Shown: positions 51,564 to 62,101 of the stretch, piece after piece
Layout of the letters: every line of letters begins with the position of its first letter
Position numbering within the stretch: the first letter of the stretch is position 1
Source of the DNA: Felis catus
Lineage: Eukaryota
Length of the DNA: 64,000 bases
NCBI RefSeq assembly: GCF_018350175.1
Contig: NC_058368.1
Span: 94,924,001 to 94,988,000 of the forward strand
Reading direction: 5' to 3'
Made by a program: the position numbers and the translations under genes
The notes under the pieces: model-generated
Told to the model about the DNA's origin: nothing
The model's database searches: none
The model's input: the letters and a program-made list of their open reading frames with translations, nothing else

Positions 51564-52020
51564 GTAAAAATAAACTCAATTATTCCAGTTAATGGATTTC
51601 ACGTTAAATAGTTTAACTTTCAAGGGGCTTTCTGAAGAGCTGTTCATAGGATGGTATATGGAAGAGTCCTTTCCTTAAGGAAAAAAAAAAGGGTGAACAA
51701 TAAATAAAGAGTTACTTGCGTTAACGGTCACGTTATTTCATTAAAAGAGAGGAGCAGAAATCTATGACATGGTTGCCCAACATGGCATTAATCTGCTAAT
51801 AACAGAAAGCTGTAACACTGGTGGGCATTTCACAGTATCTGAGCATAGTAAACTTCTGCCATTGTTAAAGTCTGAGTTAGAATTATCAATGAATCCTTTA
51901 TTTTTTTTGTCTTGAATTTTCATGATTTTTAAAAATGTATTTGTGTTTTGCAGGTGGAACGCCAGCCCTGTTCGGCAGCGCCCGGTGCGGTCATGGACAA
52001 AGACGTTGCAGTCGTTCACC

Positions 52021-52022
52021 TG

Positions 52023-52060
<38 letters not shown>

Positions 52061-52180
52061 TGTGTGTGTGCGCGCGCGCGCGCGCGCGTGGGGGGGGGGG
52101 TGCGCGCGTGCGCGTGGGTGTGAGAGCCTGTGCGCGTGCGCGGGTGCGCGCGCGCATGCGTGTGGGGGTGGGGATGGGTG
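52021..52180. repeat. Compound (TG)n/(CG)n/G-run microsatellite
   Basis: 70 nt of unbroken purine-pyrimidine alternation at 52021-52090 including (CG)9 at 52071-52088, G11 at 52090-52100, then further TG/CG blocks. Confidence 0.95.
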
Positions 52181-52483
52181 GCTATGTGCTTTTGGCTCAT
52201 GTTTTGTGATGATAATTTAAGTCTTTCGTGAGTCCGACCTGTTGCACGGTGTTCGGGGAGAGTGAAGTCCGAGAATGGAGGTGAGTCCCGCGTCGCAAAC
52301 CTTCACCAAACCACGTGGCCCAATTTCCCAGAGTCCCCCGGCATCCCCGAGGGGGACCCAGCGTCCTCTGCTCCGCCGCGGCCATCTTGGTCTGGTGGGT
52401 ACTCAGGCAGTGGAGGGCCTCGCCGAGCTGAGCGCGCGCCTGGCCTTTCCCGCTGGTTCGACACCTGACCCCTCCCCCTGGGA

Positions 52484-53682
52484 TTATGTACACGCGTCAT
52501 TGGGCTTCATGGATGTGGAAAGGGGGGCAAAGGAGGGTTTGGGGGGTACGTCCGGCTTTAGCGAGGGTGTGCGCTTCAGCCCCGACCTCGTCAGCGAGTT
52601 GTAGGCGTTGAGGCTGGGCTGCCGCGAAACAGTCACGGCCTGGCCGGAGGGCGGCGCGCCGTGCACCTGGATCGAGTCCACCCGCTGCGGGGCGGGGGGC
52701 GGGTTGTCTCCCCGGCCAAAGCTCTGGTTTCTGGACAGGTGGGAGGAATTGGAGCAGTTAGTATTGTTTCTTTTGAGAGTGGTGGCCTGGTGGCTTCTCG
52801 TGAGCGAGTTCGTGGGGTAGCTCCTCTTATAGTCAAGGCCGTAGGAGGAGGAGTGGTGCATTTCCAGCCGCTTGCTCAGGCCGTTCTGAGACAGGGAGGC
52901 TCCCGGAGGGCCCAGGGAGGCCTCCCGCTGGGGGACTTTGGGGGGCAGGCTGTCCAGGTTCTCCACGAGGTTCACCCCGTGGTTGGGACTCTTGCTGCTG
53001 AGATGCTCCTTGATGGTCTTATACTCCAGGGTGGCCGCCTGGTCCTCCAGCGCCATCTGGGCCACCTCGCTCATTTTGGGCTGGTCCACGTACTCATGCG
53101 GGTAGCCCTGCTGCGTGATGGGCAGGACCACCACGCTGGGGATGTGGCTGGGGGAGGCCCGGAGGGGCAGGTCCGTGGGGATCACGGGGGAGCCCATGGG
53201 GGGCATGTCCTTGGTGCACGCATTGATGAGGTTCTGGTTCCTCTCCCACTCGCGGCTGCCGCGGCTGGGCTTCCGCTTCTGCTGCAGTGTTGGGGTGGAC
53301 TCCGGGGTGGGCAAGGCCGCCAGGTCTAAGTGGTGCTGATCAGCCTTGATGAGCATCTTGGCCGTGTTGCCGGGAGTGGTGAGCTTGCCGTTGTGCATGA
53401 GTGGTGTGAGGATGGCCTCCGGCTTCGGGTCTTTGGACTGGCTGTCCCCAAAGAGGCCGCTGAGCTTGGTGACGCTGCTCATGGAGCCCCGGCGCGAGTG
53501 GGTGAGCTCCTTCTCTTTGCGCTGCACGGCGGACACGTCTTTGCGCCTGTGGTCGCAGACGCAATAGACGATGATGCCGGAGAAGACGGCCCCCATGACA
53601 AAAGCCAGGATGACCGCAATGGCCAAGAGGGTGACGGGGACGAGCTGGTCATGGCCTTTGAGGTAACTTTCCCGAATCACTC
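52484..53682 (-). CDS. SEMA6A: Semaphorin-6A, coding part of the terminal exon: juxtamembrane stalk, TM helix and full cytoplasmic tail (partial gene)
   Basis: ORF 52484-53725 translates GVIRESYLKGHDQLVPVTLLAIAVILAFVMGAVFSGIIVYCVC...LPTPESTP...KPDVPPKPSFAPLSTSMKPNDACT*, which I recognise as the SEMA6A C-terminus. Minus-strand acceptor tattgcAG|GA (AG at 53684-53683, Gly codon split). TAA stop at 52486-52484. TM segment about 53629-53564. Confidence 0.97.
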
Positions 53683-55829
53683 CTGCAATAGACATCGCAT
53701 ACGGTTTTAAGACATGAAAGCACACAGCGAGGCTTATTTTGGTTTGAAGTTCACCCCGTTAATTAATAACAGTAATAAGTGACAATAGCACCTCTGCACA
53801 ACTTGTCTTGGGGCGCAGCTTGCCAAACGTTAACTAATTAACCCCCCCTCCCCCCGTGAAGTATGCAAATAGACTTCCTTTGTTGCTTCTTTGTGTTCTG
53901 AAAAAGTGCTTTCACCTCTGTCAAGTATATGCTCTTTCTACTTTGTTTCAGCCCCTGGAATATGACGATTTTTCATTTTCAGAATTTGTCCCTCCTCCTT
54001 TCCCCCTTCATCTTTTTTTCATCTTACCCTCATAACATTGGGATAATGGAGATATTTTGAGTATGGGAGAGGAAGAGGCAACAATTTTATGCCCATTAAA
54101 TGAACAAATGGCACAACCCTCTAGGCTTCCAGGGTCTTTTCTTATGACTTCTTTATGGGGCCCGTGGCCTCTATCTGGAGAAAAGCTGTGTTTGCATTTC
54201 AGGCAACTGGAGGAAAGAGCACGTGTGTCATTTACAGTGAAAAGAAAACAGTTAAAGCTCACATTACAAATGTTTATGCTGATTTTGTATCATCCTTCTC
54301 ACAAAAAAAAAAACCCACAAAAACCCATGTGCACTCAATTTCAGGTAAATATGCTGAATATGTGAATGAAGCTCTTCCCTTCCTTAAACTGAAAGAATAT
54401 TTAAGGGGAAGAAAAAGACCATTTGGGGCCCTGTAGTGGGTTTGAGAAGCGTCAGGTCTCATTATTACAGTTAGGGTTTGCTGCCACGGTGAGATTCTTC
54501 AGCAGAGCTAATCTCTTCAATTTAATAAAAATTACGTGACTACACCCGTCAATAATCTTACACTACATTAACCGAGATGCTGTATTTTTGGAGAAAGTTG
54601 CTTTCTCCCTGTTCCTGCTTAATCAGCCACCAAGCTGAGAGACTCTAACCAAATGGAAACACTGAAGCTCTTAGTTTTTAATACCAAGTGAGAATACACA
54701 TCACAATTGTCAGATCTTAAGTGCTTGATGCGGTAGCTAAAAACAAAATCTCAAATACCTCAATTCCTGCCTCTGGAGAGTGAAAGAACACGAATACGTT
54801 AGAGACACTGCATGGGCTGAGGAAATATAAACATTGTTCCTATTATGGAAATGATAGTAAGACAGAAAATGTACCTTCTCTGGTCTCAGGAGAAACATTT
54901 TTCATCTACTAAATCAACTCTTTCTGGAATATGTTTAATGTATTTTACTGGCAGATATTGCTCGCACAGAATTAGAATGAAGCAAAATGAAACTCTTACC
55001 CCTTCCTAAACCCACAACATGCAACCCTTCAACTTCTGCTGAGATACTTTGTAACCATCACAGCTGAGACCTTGAAGAAGTGCAGCTTTGTCATGGGATC
55101 TTTCTGCTAAAATATTTTGATTGGTGAAGCCCTGGTTTTAAAACTCAGAAGCCTTTGCCTGTTGAAAAGAACATTCTCTTTCTCTTTTCTTTCTAAACAT
55201 TCCTCCTCCCCTCAGTTGTGACATCACAGTTGGTTGCTGTGGAAATGATTGTCCTGTGACAAAGGATTGTGACTTCAGGGGCGAATAAATAGAAGCAGCA
55301 GATATCTCTGGAGAAACAAAGATTCTGTGATTAAACAAATGCCCTTGGTAATGAAGGGCAGGGCAGGCACTTCACCCCAGGGAAAAAGTCTGTAAGATGG
55401 CAGGATTCTGAATAATTTCCAAATGTGACACTTCTCAAATATTTCCAGATTTATCTTCGTGAACTTTTAAGGGGGTAGAAACGGAGAAGGAAAAAGCAGC
55501 AGGGGATTCAGCTATAACTCACACCTTTTATATCGTGGAGCTCCCCAAACGGTGAGGTGCCTTGCATTCAAATCTGTTTTAATACCTAGTCACAGAGGAA
55601 CTGTGCTAATGAAAATTTCTTCCTTAAATTTGCATTTCCTTGTTGTAATGCTGAAATAGCAACTGATTTTCTTTCAGTTTTGATTATGTTTGGTGTTCTA
55701 TTGAACATCATTTTTAACCACCTACATACAATGGCACAAAAATGTACACCTGTGAATAAAATGGGTTTGATTTCCCTCATTGACTAGGTGATCTCAGTGA
55801 ATTTTAACCACAGGGTAGACCTCGCCCAT

Positions 55830-55858
55830 GGGGTGGGGGTGGGGGTGGGGGTGGGGGG
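55830..55858 (+). repeat. (GGGGGT)n repeat with five G-tracts
   Basis: Directly visible. Confidence 0.9.
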
Positions 55859-56669
55859 AACTAGGTAAATTTTTCTTAGCGGGTATTTCATGGATCTCTT
55901 CTTGGCAACACTATTTATGGGGCTGTGTCTTCCCAATAAATGCATACTTATAATAGGTAGTTATCTACAGTTGACTTTGGTATTTTACAATTTAAATTGC
56001 CTCTCAGCTTGAGAGGAACTGGGAAAGAAGAATAAGGCTAAAGCAGTCCCATGTATTTTATTCATTATTTAATTGGGAAAAATGTAAAAGTTTCAAGGTT
56101 ATCCAGGGCTGCTTTACTTTTAGTTCCCAAATATTCCTCTTTGATGTCTGAAGGTCCTTGACTGTCTTAATCTCATGGAAAGCACTTGCTCTTTTACTGG
56201 GAAGAACATTTTTAAGGGAATAACATTTGAGTTCAAGTTTTTGGTTGTTAACAAATCAAGTAGGGTCTGACCTTTGAGAAAAATGGTGTCTCACCCCTCC
56301 CCCGCCCCCCCATCTCATTTTGTTATGTAAATAGTGCCCTTAAAAAACTCGCATTCCCTTCAGTTTTGAGATCACTACCATGAAGCAGGTGGTTTCCCTC
56401 ATCTGCTTGTGTAAATTCAGAAATCCCATGTCCAAAGTTGGAAATAGATCAGAGATTAAGTTGAAAGCGCAGTCAAGAAGATAAGAAGTTCTAAGTTATT
56501 CTTGGAAAATGCCTTCCAAACTTAAAGCTTTCTGCTTATATCGTGAAAAGGGCAAAGGGGCATCCATGGAAATGATGGCATCAACTTTGTGACATTGGTC
56601 ACTGTCAAGAACTAAACACACTGGGTTTGTCAGAGGGGTGGGGGTGCAACCATTGCTAGCGGTCTCCAA

Positions 56670-56845
56670 AGGCCTGGGGTCTTAAGCTCCCACTTGCTGT
56701 TGTGTGACCTTTCTGGCAGGTGACTTATCATCTCGGGGCCTCAGTTTTTTCATTTGCAACGTGGGTTCACACTCTTAAAGCCTTACGGGGTTCTTGCAAG
56801 AATCTAATGAAGTGACGAATAAGAAAGAACTTAAATGCTGTAGTT
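56670..56845 (+). mobile_element. MIR
   Basis: tgtgtgacct...ggcaggtgactta...gcctcagtttttcatttg. Confidence 0.7.
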
Positions 56846-57184
56846 TGCTGGACAAATCTGAAGGTCAAAAGAAGCCACAGAAGAGAAGTGGGTTAGTAGC
56901 TCACTGAGGGCATAAGAGTAATAGTCACAGCTGCTCCATTTCATCCCATTTGTTATGTATGGGTCTCCCTGGGGAGGAGGGCGGACCTGTCCTTCCCAGC
57001 TCCAGACCTTGTGCTGTCCAAACGCGGCCAAAGGGATGATGTGTTGAGGCAACATAAGAGAGCACATACCTCTGTTTCAGGACTGCCTGTAGGTTTTGCA
57101 TTGTGAAGTAAGTAAAACAACAAAAGCGGGAAGTGTTGAACAAAACACGGTGATTATAGACTTCTGGTGGACTAATAATCTTGG

Positions 57185-57290
57185 ATTCAGCTCCTTGAGG
57201 GCAGGGACTCTAGTTTATATGCATTTATAACCTTTACTATCACCAGGGATCTTAGTTGGGCACTTGATAAATGATTATTGAATAAATGGG
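57185..57290 (+). mobile_element. L2 3' end
   Basis: agctccttgagggcagggac...ggcacttgataaatg...ttgaataaatg. Confidence 0.7.
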
Positions 57291-58424
57291 TTTGCAGTAC
57301 ATTGTAGAGACCCTTTTAAGTGGGCCTCTAAAGTTGGTGGGTCATTTTTGGAGTGACCATAACCTGAAGTCACAGAACCACATTAGATCTCCATCCATAG
57401 AACAGAATATAATAATACTAACATCCATTAGACAAAAGAAATTTATAAAGGTGCTCCGTGTATGTTCAAAATGATAATGAGGAACTATTTGAAAAATCAA
57501 AAGAAATTCATTCTGGGATAATTCCAAAAGACATGTTGAGGGTAAATGAGTTATTTGTAACAACTGGGTGCTCTGGTGGAATTAAATAATGGAATAATTC
57601 AAAACAAATACAACTCTTTAAAGGGAGCTGGCTGAACATCGTTGCTTCTGATGTTGCATGGAAATCCTGGGGAAGTGGAGGGGCCTTTGTAGGGTGGCAT
57701 ACTCCATCTCCAGGTATCTCGCTCCCCGCACCCCCCCCCCAAACTAAGAGGACCAATAAGAGTTGGCTTCTCTATCTTGGGGCATTGAAATGCCTTCCTC
57801 TATCAACCCCTGGGCCTTTTACTCTCACCAGTCGAAAATGGGGCATATAATGAAAACAGTATCTGAAACAGCCTTTGCATTGATTCATTAACCACCAACT
57901 ATTTCTCACCAGTCATGAGGTGCTAAATGGTTATTCTTTCCACCTTCCTATTGCAGGAAGCAAGGCACACAATGGCTTAGAGATTTCTCTGAAATCATGT
58001 CTTAAATTGGCAGAACTGAGAAAGAATAGAATCTTCACTTTTTTCCCCCTGAGGTGAGAGAGTTTTTAGATGCTGGAGGGTTGCAGAGGGAGGTCTCAGA
58101 GGGGCAATTTTAAGCCCTTTGGAGGCTGAAGCAATGAAAAGATTATGAACAACCCCACCCTCCAGGCCCTGCAAAATGTAATTAAAATAAGAACGGTTAC
58201 AAACTTCAAGGAAGTCCAACACAATTCTGACTTTTCCCACGATGACCACATGAAGGCGTATTGAAATTTCAAACACCAGATTGTTATATATAATAAGGTT
58301 TCCAGTAGCCCTTCTCTTGGGTTCTCTACAATTGCCTAGTTTGCCCTGGAAGCCCAGTGCCAGGCTCTGGGACAGCAGACCTCAGAAAAGATGCCCTCTT
58401 GGACTGTAATGTTCTTGGTGCCTT

Positions 58425-59150
58425 CAGCAGGCATCTACTGAGCACAGACCAAAGCACTGTGCCAGGTTTCGGAGAGACAAAGGTGAAGGAGGCACAAACC
58501 CTGCGATCCAGTTAAGGGAGAGGGCAGGTGCTCACATGTGAGCATCCAAAGTGTTTGGAAGCATCAAGAGATACACTGCTTCTGCTTCAGCCTAGGAAGT
58601 GGCGTTTAAGGCAGGCCTTAAGGATGTGGAGGATGGCAGCTGAAGCAGCAGTAAGAACCAATGCACAGAGGGAAGGAAGTGAAAGCTGTGTTCATAATGG
58701 TCGATAGTCGAACTCCCATCTAGTCACTCATGCTATAGACACCAGCCACTTGGCTATCATCCTCTCACTTGCTTCTGGACTTGCACATAGTCTCTTCCTT
58801 CTGCCTGGAATATCCCTGCTCATCTCCCACTCCTCTGACCCTCTCCTTTAGGCCTCGGCTTAAAGGAGGAAGCCTTCTCCAACTTCTTCCAACTGGGTTA
58901 GCTCTTTCCTAAGTTCCCCAGAGACCTTAACTTCTCTCTCTTAACTCATCACCTTTACATTACTGTACGTTTGTTCTTCTCTAGGAGGGAGATATACCCC
59001 TAAATTCCCAGGCATAAAGGTGCTTGGTAAATATCTGTTAAATAGTGAATGAATGCATGAGTACTTGTAGAGGCAACAGAAGAGTGAGAGCTGATCACTA
59101 TTTGGAAGCAGGCTGTGAAAAGCCTTGAATGACTGAAAAAGACATGGTGG
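58425..59150. mobile_element. L2 fragments in both orientations
   Basis: tactgagcac...gcactgtgccagg (minus) and ctgcctggaat...ggaagccttctc...ggtgcttggtaaatatctgtt...gaatgaatg (plus). Confidence 0.6.
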
Positions 59151-61299
59151 ACAAGCCAGTTTTGGAAGGAAAGTCTTGGTTAATTTACCTGCAATTCTAA
59201 GGGTTGTCTTGCCTGAGAAAGCTGACTTTCAGCTTACTCTGCTCGACGTTGACTCCATTATTCGAAAAAACTACTGGCTTCAGAGTCAACAGCTTTGCCT
59301 CAGAAGTACAGGTAGTCCGCCTGAGTTTACTATAACTTTTTAAAATTAAAACTTGTTCTCCACTATACTTATCCCCTGCATCCTATAGAAGCTGGGAGAT
59401 GTCTGTTCTATCAAAGCATGCAACAAGACACACAAACGAAAGTACACAAAATCACTGCACCTGTTGAGCTAAATACCAAGGAGGAGCCCTCCCCATCCCC
59501 ACCAATTACCTTGCTAAGTATAGGAGCCCCTGGCAGCTAGGACCTTGAAATGGTTAAGTGCGTGCTTTCCCCTCTCACCCCTGTTCACTGGACTGCCTGT
59601 TTCGGAGCTGCTGTGATATGATGGATGTGTCTGTCTCCATAGTGAAGTGATTAATAGGCATCTGTGTAAAGCAGACCCGATGACCACAAAGACAACAAAG
59701 CCTCTCTGTGTCCTTTAGAGACATATGCAAAGGCAAAAAGGAGAATGGACATTTCCTTCGCCGCGGAGCCAGAGAGAGTTTCGTGTTGGGTCTGAGAGCT
59801 AACAAAGATGGCAAAACACCAAGAAAAGCCCCCGGAGTAGGATCCCCTAAAAATAAACCCTTGATTTTCCTTTATAGTAAGACAAGCCTGCAATTTCCTT
59901 GAAATCCTCATAACAACTTGGGTGAATGGAATCTAACAACCCAATTTTTCTTGTTTGAAAATCTTATTGCAACAGAATGCCAGGCTGACAGTCCTACAAG
60001 GCACTATGAATGAATGAACCAATCATAGGCCAGGCATCATGGATGCTAACCACAGAGGACAGGCTGTAATCCCTGTTAAGGAGAGAAGAAAACAAATAGG
60101 GGAAAAACCCTCACTGGAGACAATTTATCCTCAAAGCCATGCCCCACCCGATGGAGATGATCATACTGAAAACGCAGTGGGAACTCTCTGTGGTTATCTC
60201 GGCAGGAAGGAGCCTTCTTCTTGTCTTGGGGCATAACGTGATCCAGATGGCTTAAGAATAAACTGAACCGCCAGCAGCCTTGGAAATGGGCTCAGAGTTC
60301 ATAACTCAAACTTTCCTTTTCCTTTTTATTTTCCTTTTTTTTTTTTTTTTTTTTTTTTCCTGGCAGGCTGAAGATTAGGTACTAGGAGGCGCCATGGTCT
60401 TCAAGATGTATGAAGTTAATGACTGATCATGCCAAACTAGAGGCAGCTTCCTGGCTGCTTAATATCCTCAGTTCAGAAGCTGTTTTAAAACTCACATATT
60501 GAAATAGTGCTTACTGTGGTTGTCTGTGGGTGAATCTACTTCCAGTTCTCTCACCTTTGAAATTGATGCATTTTTTAAATTGTTGTTGCGATGCCATCAC
60601 AGGTAGAAAAGGGAGAACGAGCATGAAGTTCGTTCTATTTCACATTTTTTAGAGGAGAAATAGCTTCATTTTCCCTTGTGTCAGTGGAAACCCTGGCATC
60701 TCTGATCCTTCTCTGCTGTACCCTTTTAGACATGGCACCACCAATGGGAATGCTACCTCCGTAGCATGGATTGAAGTCTAGATTGGGAGTCATGATGAGA
60801 TAACTTAAAAGCCATATCCTGAAATGTGGGTCAGTGTTTTCACGTGTTAGAACTATCACTGTCTTTGTAAAGGTGATGATCATTTCAGATGGGCAAAGTT
60901 TTAGCAAAATTTACATGGTTTATTTTCCTTTTTTTTTTTAAGCTTTTCTTTCTAATTAGACTGGAAACCAAGTGTCTAAGGAGTTTCTTCTGAAACCAGA
61001 CAAAACATTTCTATTTTCCGACTTTCTAATCCCATCTTCTTCCTTTGCTCTCTCACAAGGCATCAAAACCACAAAACGGGGAAGTGGATCTCCCACTAAA
61101 ATTTCACTAATACTGTGAAATTCAGGTGATTCTTTGGATTATTTTCAGTGCTTTGATTTTTTTTCTCCACAAAGCAAAGACGACACAAATAGGAGGAAAC
61201 AAGGCTGTTTGAATACTAAAGCTGCCAACTTAAACTTGCTGGAGATGTCATTCTTGGGATCTGGATTATGAATGAGGCTGAGTGTTACTGGTGAAGAAC

Positions 61300-61520
61300 A
61301 TGAACTGGTCAAGAACATGAACATAACGACCTGGGCTTAAGTCTTGGCTTTAGAACTAACGAACTTTGTGATCTTGGACAAGTCACTGAGTCTCTCTGAG
61401 CATTAGTGGTGTTGGCTAGCAGATGGGTGTCATTGGAAGGATTTAATAGATTAAACGAATGAAGGCATGTAAAGCACTTGGCATTGTGCAGGACATTTGT
61501 TAATGGTCAATGTACTGTAA
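61300..61520 (+). mobile_element. MIR
   Basis: gacctgggctt...tgtgatcttggacaagtcactg...ctctgagc...atgtaaagcactt. Confidence 0.7.
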
Positions 61521-61660
61521 TGGAAGTGTTTCTAGAATTTCGGACAGGTTACCTGCCTTGTACAGGGTCCAAGGTAGACTGTTTTAATATGACACTTTGG
61601 TAGGGTTTGATTGTGTCAGCCAAGAGTAGAAAAGTCAAGATTAAAAAAAAAAAAAAAAAC

Positions 61661-61885
61661 GGGATGCCTGGGTGGCTCAGTCGATTAGGCGTCCGACTTC
61701 GGCTCAGGTCATGATCTCTCAGTTCGTGGGTTCGAGCCCCACATCGGGCTCTGTGCTGACAGCTCAGAGCCTGGAGCCTGCTTCCGATTCTGTCTCCCTC
61801 TCTGCCCCTCCCTCACTCATGCTTTGTCTCTCTCTTTCAAACATAACATATACGTTAAAAAATTAAAAATAAAAAAATAAAATAT
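61661..61885 (+). mobile_element. CanSINE (the only one seen inside the SEMA6A portion; antisense to the gene)
   Basis: gggatgcctgggtggctcagtcgattaggcgtccgacttcggctcagg. Confidence 0.92.
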
Positions 61886-61936
61886 TAGAGAAGGACCTTA
61901 AGTAGGATAACAAACAACTTGGAAAGTGTCCCAAAT

Positions 61937-62101
61937 CAGTGCTGCTCGATACCAGCATCACCTGGAACTTGTTAAACATACAAATCCCCGGGTCCTACCC
62001 AGACTTTCTGAATCAGAACCTCTGGCGTTGGGGCTCAGAAATTTGTGTTTTAACAAGGCCTCCAGATGATTCTTATTTTCACTAAAACTTGAGCAACACT
62101 G
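61937..62101 (+). mobile_element. hAT-Charlie MER5A
   Basis: cagcatcacctggaacttgtt...ccccagac...tgaatcagaa...tgtgttttaacaag...tgattct...cactg. Confidence 0.85.

Larger units (their letters stand above)
49305..52483 (-). other. SEMA6A: SEMA6A 3' UTR (about 3.2 kb)
   Basis: Runs from the stop codon to the distal AATAAA, has no interspersed repeat I recognise, and carries many miRNA seed matches. The cleavage site is inferred. Confidence 0.85.
52020..53700. promoter_or_regulatory. CpG-dense, GC-rich segment (CpG-island-like) over the last exon
   Basis: CpG density is visibly much higher than in the flanks; not computed. Confidence 0.65.

Noticed and set aside
51762..52220. RARARA/HTHTHT/VCVCVC ORFs
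   Set aside because: Translations of the UTR dinucleotide repeat.
52661..53329. 222-aa plus-strand ORF, plus the adjacent 53330-53710 ORF
   Set aside because: Antisense shadow of the GC-rich SEMA6A coding exon; no recognisable protein features.
53696..53725. First 10 residues (MCFHVLKPYA) of the 413-aa ORF
   Set aside because: Intronic read-through from a GTG upstream of the splice acceptor; not SEMA6A sequence.
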